A stretch of DNA of 64,000 nucleotides from Candidatus Aminicenantes bacterium. Its GTDB lineage: Bacteria; Acidobacteriota; Aminicenantia; Aminicenantales; Saccharicenantaceae. The DNA lies in NCBI GenBank assembly GCA_963742235.1, contig CAVULT010000026.1, positions 277,083-341,082 of the forward strand, given 5' to 3'. This document shows, one piece after another, positions 61,501 through 64,000 of this stretch. Within the stretch, counting starts at the first letter, position 1. Each line of letters starts with the position of its first letter. The notes under the pieces are model-generated. The model worked only from the letters and a program-made list of their open reading frames with translations. It was not told where the DNA came from and searched no databases. Both the position numbers and the translations under genes were made by a program.

Positions 61501-63133
61501 TGGCCGCGACTCCGTCTTTCAGCCCCGAGACCCTGACCAGGGCGACGGCCAGACGGGGAAGGTCGAGCACGTTCCGGTAGACCGCATAGCGGGGCTCCCA
61601 ATGCGTCGCGAACTTGGCCTTGTACCCGGCCAGGCCGCTGTAGCTGAACAGGAAATTCGATCGCTGGAGGAAATACTGGACGGCCCGCTCCTCCGCTCCG
61701 GCCTCCTCGCCTTCGCGAAAGCCCGACAGCGGGGCCAGCCCCAGACTGAACTTCTTGAACCCCTCGTGCCGCTGTCGCTCGAAGAGCCGGACGAAAAGGC
61801 TGTCCATGATCCCGTCGGGAGCGTCCCGGCGGTGCCGCATCAGGTCGATGGTCGTTTCTCCCGGGGCGTAGGAACGGATGACGTTCATGAAGGCCAGGAT
61901 GCATCCGTCTGGCTGGACGGCGGTGAAGACGGGGGTCCGCCGGATCTCTTCCTCGGAGAAGACCCCGACCGTGAAGCCTCGTTCCCGCCGGCCCGGGATC
62001 TTGAGCCAATCATCCGAGACTTCCCGGACCCCCGCCAGAACGTCGTCGGGGACGGGAGGGTCGTAATAGACGGCCCGGAGGCCCGCCTTCTGGAATTGAT
62101 TGATGGCGTGGCGGATGTGCTTCATCGACTTGCCGTCCAGGTTGAATTTTTCGAGATCGACGATCGCGTCGTCGCCGACCTTCATCTTCTTGAAGCCGGC
62201 CCGCCGATAGAGGGGCAGGAAGTCGGGCAGGGTCTGATAGAAAGCCAGCTTCCAATCGTTCTCCTCGCAAAACTCCTTGAACGCCCGGATGATCCCGGCG
62301 ATCTCGTCCTCGGGTCCGACCGGATCGGCCAGGACCACGGCGAAGTTCCCGGCCATCCGGTAGGCGAGAAAGGCCTGGTTTGACGGGGAGAAGTAATACG
62401 TCTTGTCATCAAGAAGTTTGAACGGGTCGAGCGAGGAACGGCCGTGGGCTTCGAGAACTGCTGCGGCCCGGTCGCGCTCCAAGGGAAGGGTTCTGAGCCG
62501 ATAGAAGACGGGCCGGAACAGGGAATACAGGACGTAGACGAGGGCGGTGATGGAGATGAGATCGAGTGAATCGAGGAACCAGGCGGCGAAGCGCGTCCGG
62601 GCGATGAGGGCGGGATCGCTCGCGAAAGCCAAGGCGGCGATCGTCCGTCGGATGCTGTCCGCGACGGAGAAATTGATCCCAAAATCCCTTTGGTCCAGGA
62701 ACCAGAAGCCCAGGGTCCCGTAGAGCAGCGTGACGGCGAGCGCCGTCGCTAGTCTGGCGAGCGTCGAGCGGAAATCGGGAATGCTGCTCTTGACCGTAAA
62801 GCTTTTTCGGGCCAGAAAGAGGACGACCATAAGGAGGAGGGAGCTGGCCGCCTCTTCATAGTCCAGTCCCTTGGTCAGATGGAAGATGACCGACAGCCCC
62901 GCGAGGAGCATGACCAGACGGTAGGCCCTCTTCTTTCTCTTGAAAATGTTCAGGGAGGAGACGGCCAGGGCGAATCCGATGAGGAGTGAGAGGAAGCGGG
63001 AGATGTGCAGGAACTCCAGGGGGAAGACGTCGCTCAGGATCAAAATGCGCCCGGGGAGGGACCTCCCCGCAGCCGAGATGATGGTGACGATTCCGCTGCC
63101 GAGCGTGATCAACCCGACGGCGCGGACTATCAA
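61493..63133 (-). CDS. mprF: Aminoacyl-phosphatidylglycerol synthase (MprF synthase module: TM helices plus DUF2156 catalytic domain)
   Basis: 546 aa with a TTG start. About 6 N-terminal helices, then LDPFKLLDDKTYYFS...AFLAYRMAGNFAVVLADPVGP..., DWLKIPGRRERGFTVGVF, TIDLMRHR and FSLGLAPLSG, which are typical of the lysyl/alanyl-PG synthase domain. Confidence 0.85.
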   Translation of the reverse strand: MIVRAVGLITLGSGIVTIISAAGRSLPGRILILSDVFPLEFLHISRFLSLLIGFALAVSSLNIFKRKKRAYRLVMLLAGLSVIFHLTKGLDYEEAASSLLLMVVLFLARKSFTVKSSIPDFRSTLARLATALAVTLLYGTLGFWFLDQRDFGINFSVADSIRRTIAALAFASDPALIARTRFAAWFLDSLDLISITALVYVLYSLFRPVFYRLRTLPLERDRAAAVLEAHGRSSLDPFKLLDDKTYYFSPSNQAFLAYRMAGNFAVVLADPVGPEDEIAGIIRAFKEFCEENDWKLAFYQTLPDFLPLYRRAGFKKMKVGDDAIVDLEKFNLDGKSMKHIRHAINQFQKAGLRAVYYDPPVPDDVLAGVREVSDDWLKIPGRRERGFTVGVFSEEEIRRTPVFTAVQPDGCILAFMNVIRSYAPGETTIDLMRHRRDAPDGIMDSLFVRLFERQRHEGFKKFSLGLAPLSGFREGEEAGAEERAVQYFLQRSNFLFSYSGLAGYKAKFATHWEPRYAVYRNVLDLPRLAVALVRVSGLKDGVAASA

Positions 63134-63194
63134 GCGGGCGGAGATCGGCCTCCGGCCCTCGGAACTGGCCTTGGACCTGATCGGAACCTCCTCG

Positions 63195-64000
63195 CTACCG
63201 CTTTTCCAGGATCCCGATCCCGATATCGGCCGCGTCGGTATCCACGATCAGGAGAAGCGTTCCGCTGATCCGATAAAAGGTGATGTGGTGGACGACGCCG
63301 TTCACGGCGAAATCGCCCGTCCACCGGCCCGCGTCGGCGGCATCCGCCGTGAAGCTGCCGCTGAAGATCAAGCCGGCTGATGTCCGTCCCGCTTCGTTGA
63401 TGTCGACGGTCCCGGTCAGGGCGCCCCCCGAAGCGGCCGACTGTCCGACCCAGTCGGTCTCCCCGGCTGTCCCGACGAACTGCAGGTTGACGGCGTAGTC
63501 GCCCTCGAAATCGCCCGGGGATTGAGGCACGATGTATCCGGAGGCGACCGCGCCGCCGTCATTATCCATGACCAGGGCCCCGCCTCCGCCGACGGCACTG
63601 TTCGGGTCGAACAGGTTGAGGGCCGGGGAGACGGCGAAGATCAGCAGCGAGGAGACGCTCCTCCGCTGGTCGGCCGCTGGAGGGAGACTCAGGGTCCCGA
63701 CCCCGTCGCCGGCCATCGTGTAGCCGGCCTGGCCCGCGATCGAGGCGAACGTCGTCACCCCGCCGTTATTGAGGTCGGCGACGCCGGCCGCAAGATTGCC
63801 GGCCCCATCGGCCGAGAATTGGCCGGCCAGGGCCAGCGCCCCGAAAGTCGACCTCCCGGCCTCGGAGAGGACGTAGTCGCCGGCGAGCGAGGCGCTCGAA
63901 AACGTCGCGCTCGCGCCCGCATCCCCCTGACCGTACATGCTGCCCCCGGCCACGAGCGAGGGAGCGTCCGTTCCGATGAGCCGCAGCACCTGGCCCTGCA
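63195..64000 (-). CDS. Hypothetical G/A/D-rich repeat protein; N-terminus beyond the window edge
   Basis: The frame is open from 64000 down to stop 63195. Internally repeated modules (GDYVLSEAGRS...FSADGAGNLAAGVADLNNGG versus GDYAVNLQFVG...GGALTGTVDINEAGRTS). No family recognised. Confidence 0.55.
   Translation of the reverse strand, partial: QGQVLRLIGTDAPSLVAGGSMYGQGDAGASATFSSASLAGDYVLSEAGRSTFGALALAGQFSADGAGNLAAGVADLNNGGVTTFASIAGQAGYTMAGDGVGTLSLPPAADQRRSVSSLLIFAVSPALNLFDPNSAVGGGGALVMDNDGGAVASGYIVPQSPGDFEGDYAVNLQFVGTAGETDWVGQSAASGGALTGTVDINEAGRTSAGLIFSGSFTADAADAGRWTGDFAVNGVVHHITFYRISGTLLLIVDTDAADIGIGILEKR

Noticed and set aside
1-64000. Scan for rRNA, tRNA, tmRNA, CRISPR arrays, transposases/IS ends, phage genes and recognisable defence systems (restriction-modification, toxin-antitoxin, Cas, abortive-infection ATPases/nucleases).
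   Set aside because: No intergenic region is long enough, or has cloverleaf or T-arm-like sequence, for RNA genes. None of the credible ORFs carries nuclease, integrase or defence-type motifs that I recognise.

Overview
Gene-dense, visibly high-GC bacterial chromosomal segment. I call about 44 intact protein genes and 2 disrupted ones. I found no rRNA, tRNA, CRISPR array, transposase or integrase. A TIGR03436-type VWA protein and the general gene content suggest an Acidobacteriota-like or related candidate-phylum genome; this is inference, not a search result. All family calls rest on motifs I recognise in the translations; no searches were run.

Many long ORFs in the track are antisense or off-frame shadows typical of GC-rich DNA, and several real genes need shorter N-termini than the track gives. 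One real gene (1..1991, minus strand) is missing from the track because it runs off the window edge.

Content, in order:
- secreted hydrolases, a membrane-anchored Moco oxidoreductase and a frameshifted CocE/NonD hydrolase
- a lower-GC envelope operon (W/Y/G-repeat lipoprotein, DUF3943-like outer-membrane protein, SAM methyltransferase)
- an RNB ribonuclease and MgtA
- two tiny membrane proteins, AsmA and an ABC-2 exporter
- a hypothetical protein plus VWA pair, and TspO
- a DUF3795 / M28 / M28-cyclophilin-like peptidase operon
- a heavily decayed serine-hydrolase pseudogene
- an inositol head-group cluster: MIPS, a CDP-alcohol phosphatidyltransferase, and an IPCT-like nucleotidyltransferase fused to a flippase-like domain
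- a MacAB-TolC-type efflux operon
- a cheB / cheR-PAS / hybrid histidine kinase operon with no receptor gene
- two tandem small secreted paralogs, and an OSBS/NAAAR enzyme
- aspA translationally coupled to sdhAB, with no anchor genes
- a three-gene glycosidase cluster (GH51, GH172-like, unknown), and HtrA
- a split, permuted mprF (synthase gene, then flippase gene) followed by acvB

Most interesting observations:
1. The inositol cluster with the unusual fusion.
2. A recurrent -24/-12 (sigma54-type) motif in front of at least seven transcription units, occurring as three near-identical pairs.
3. The receptor-less CheB/CheR/kinase module.
4. The tandem secreted paralogs behind a long structured leader.
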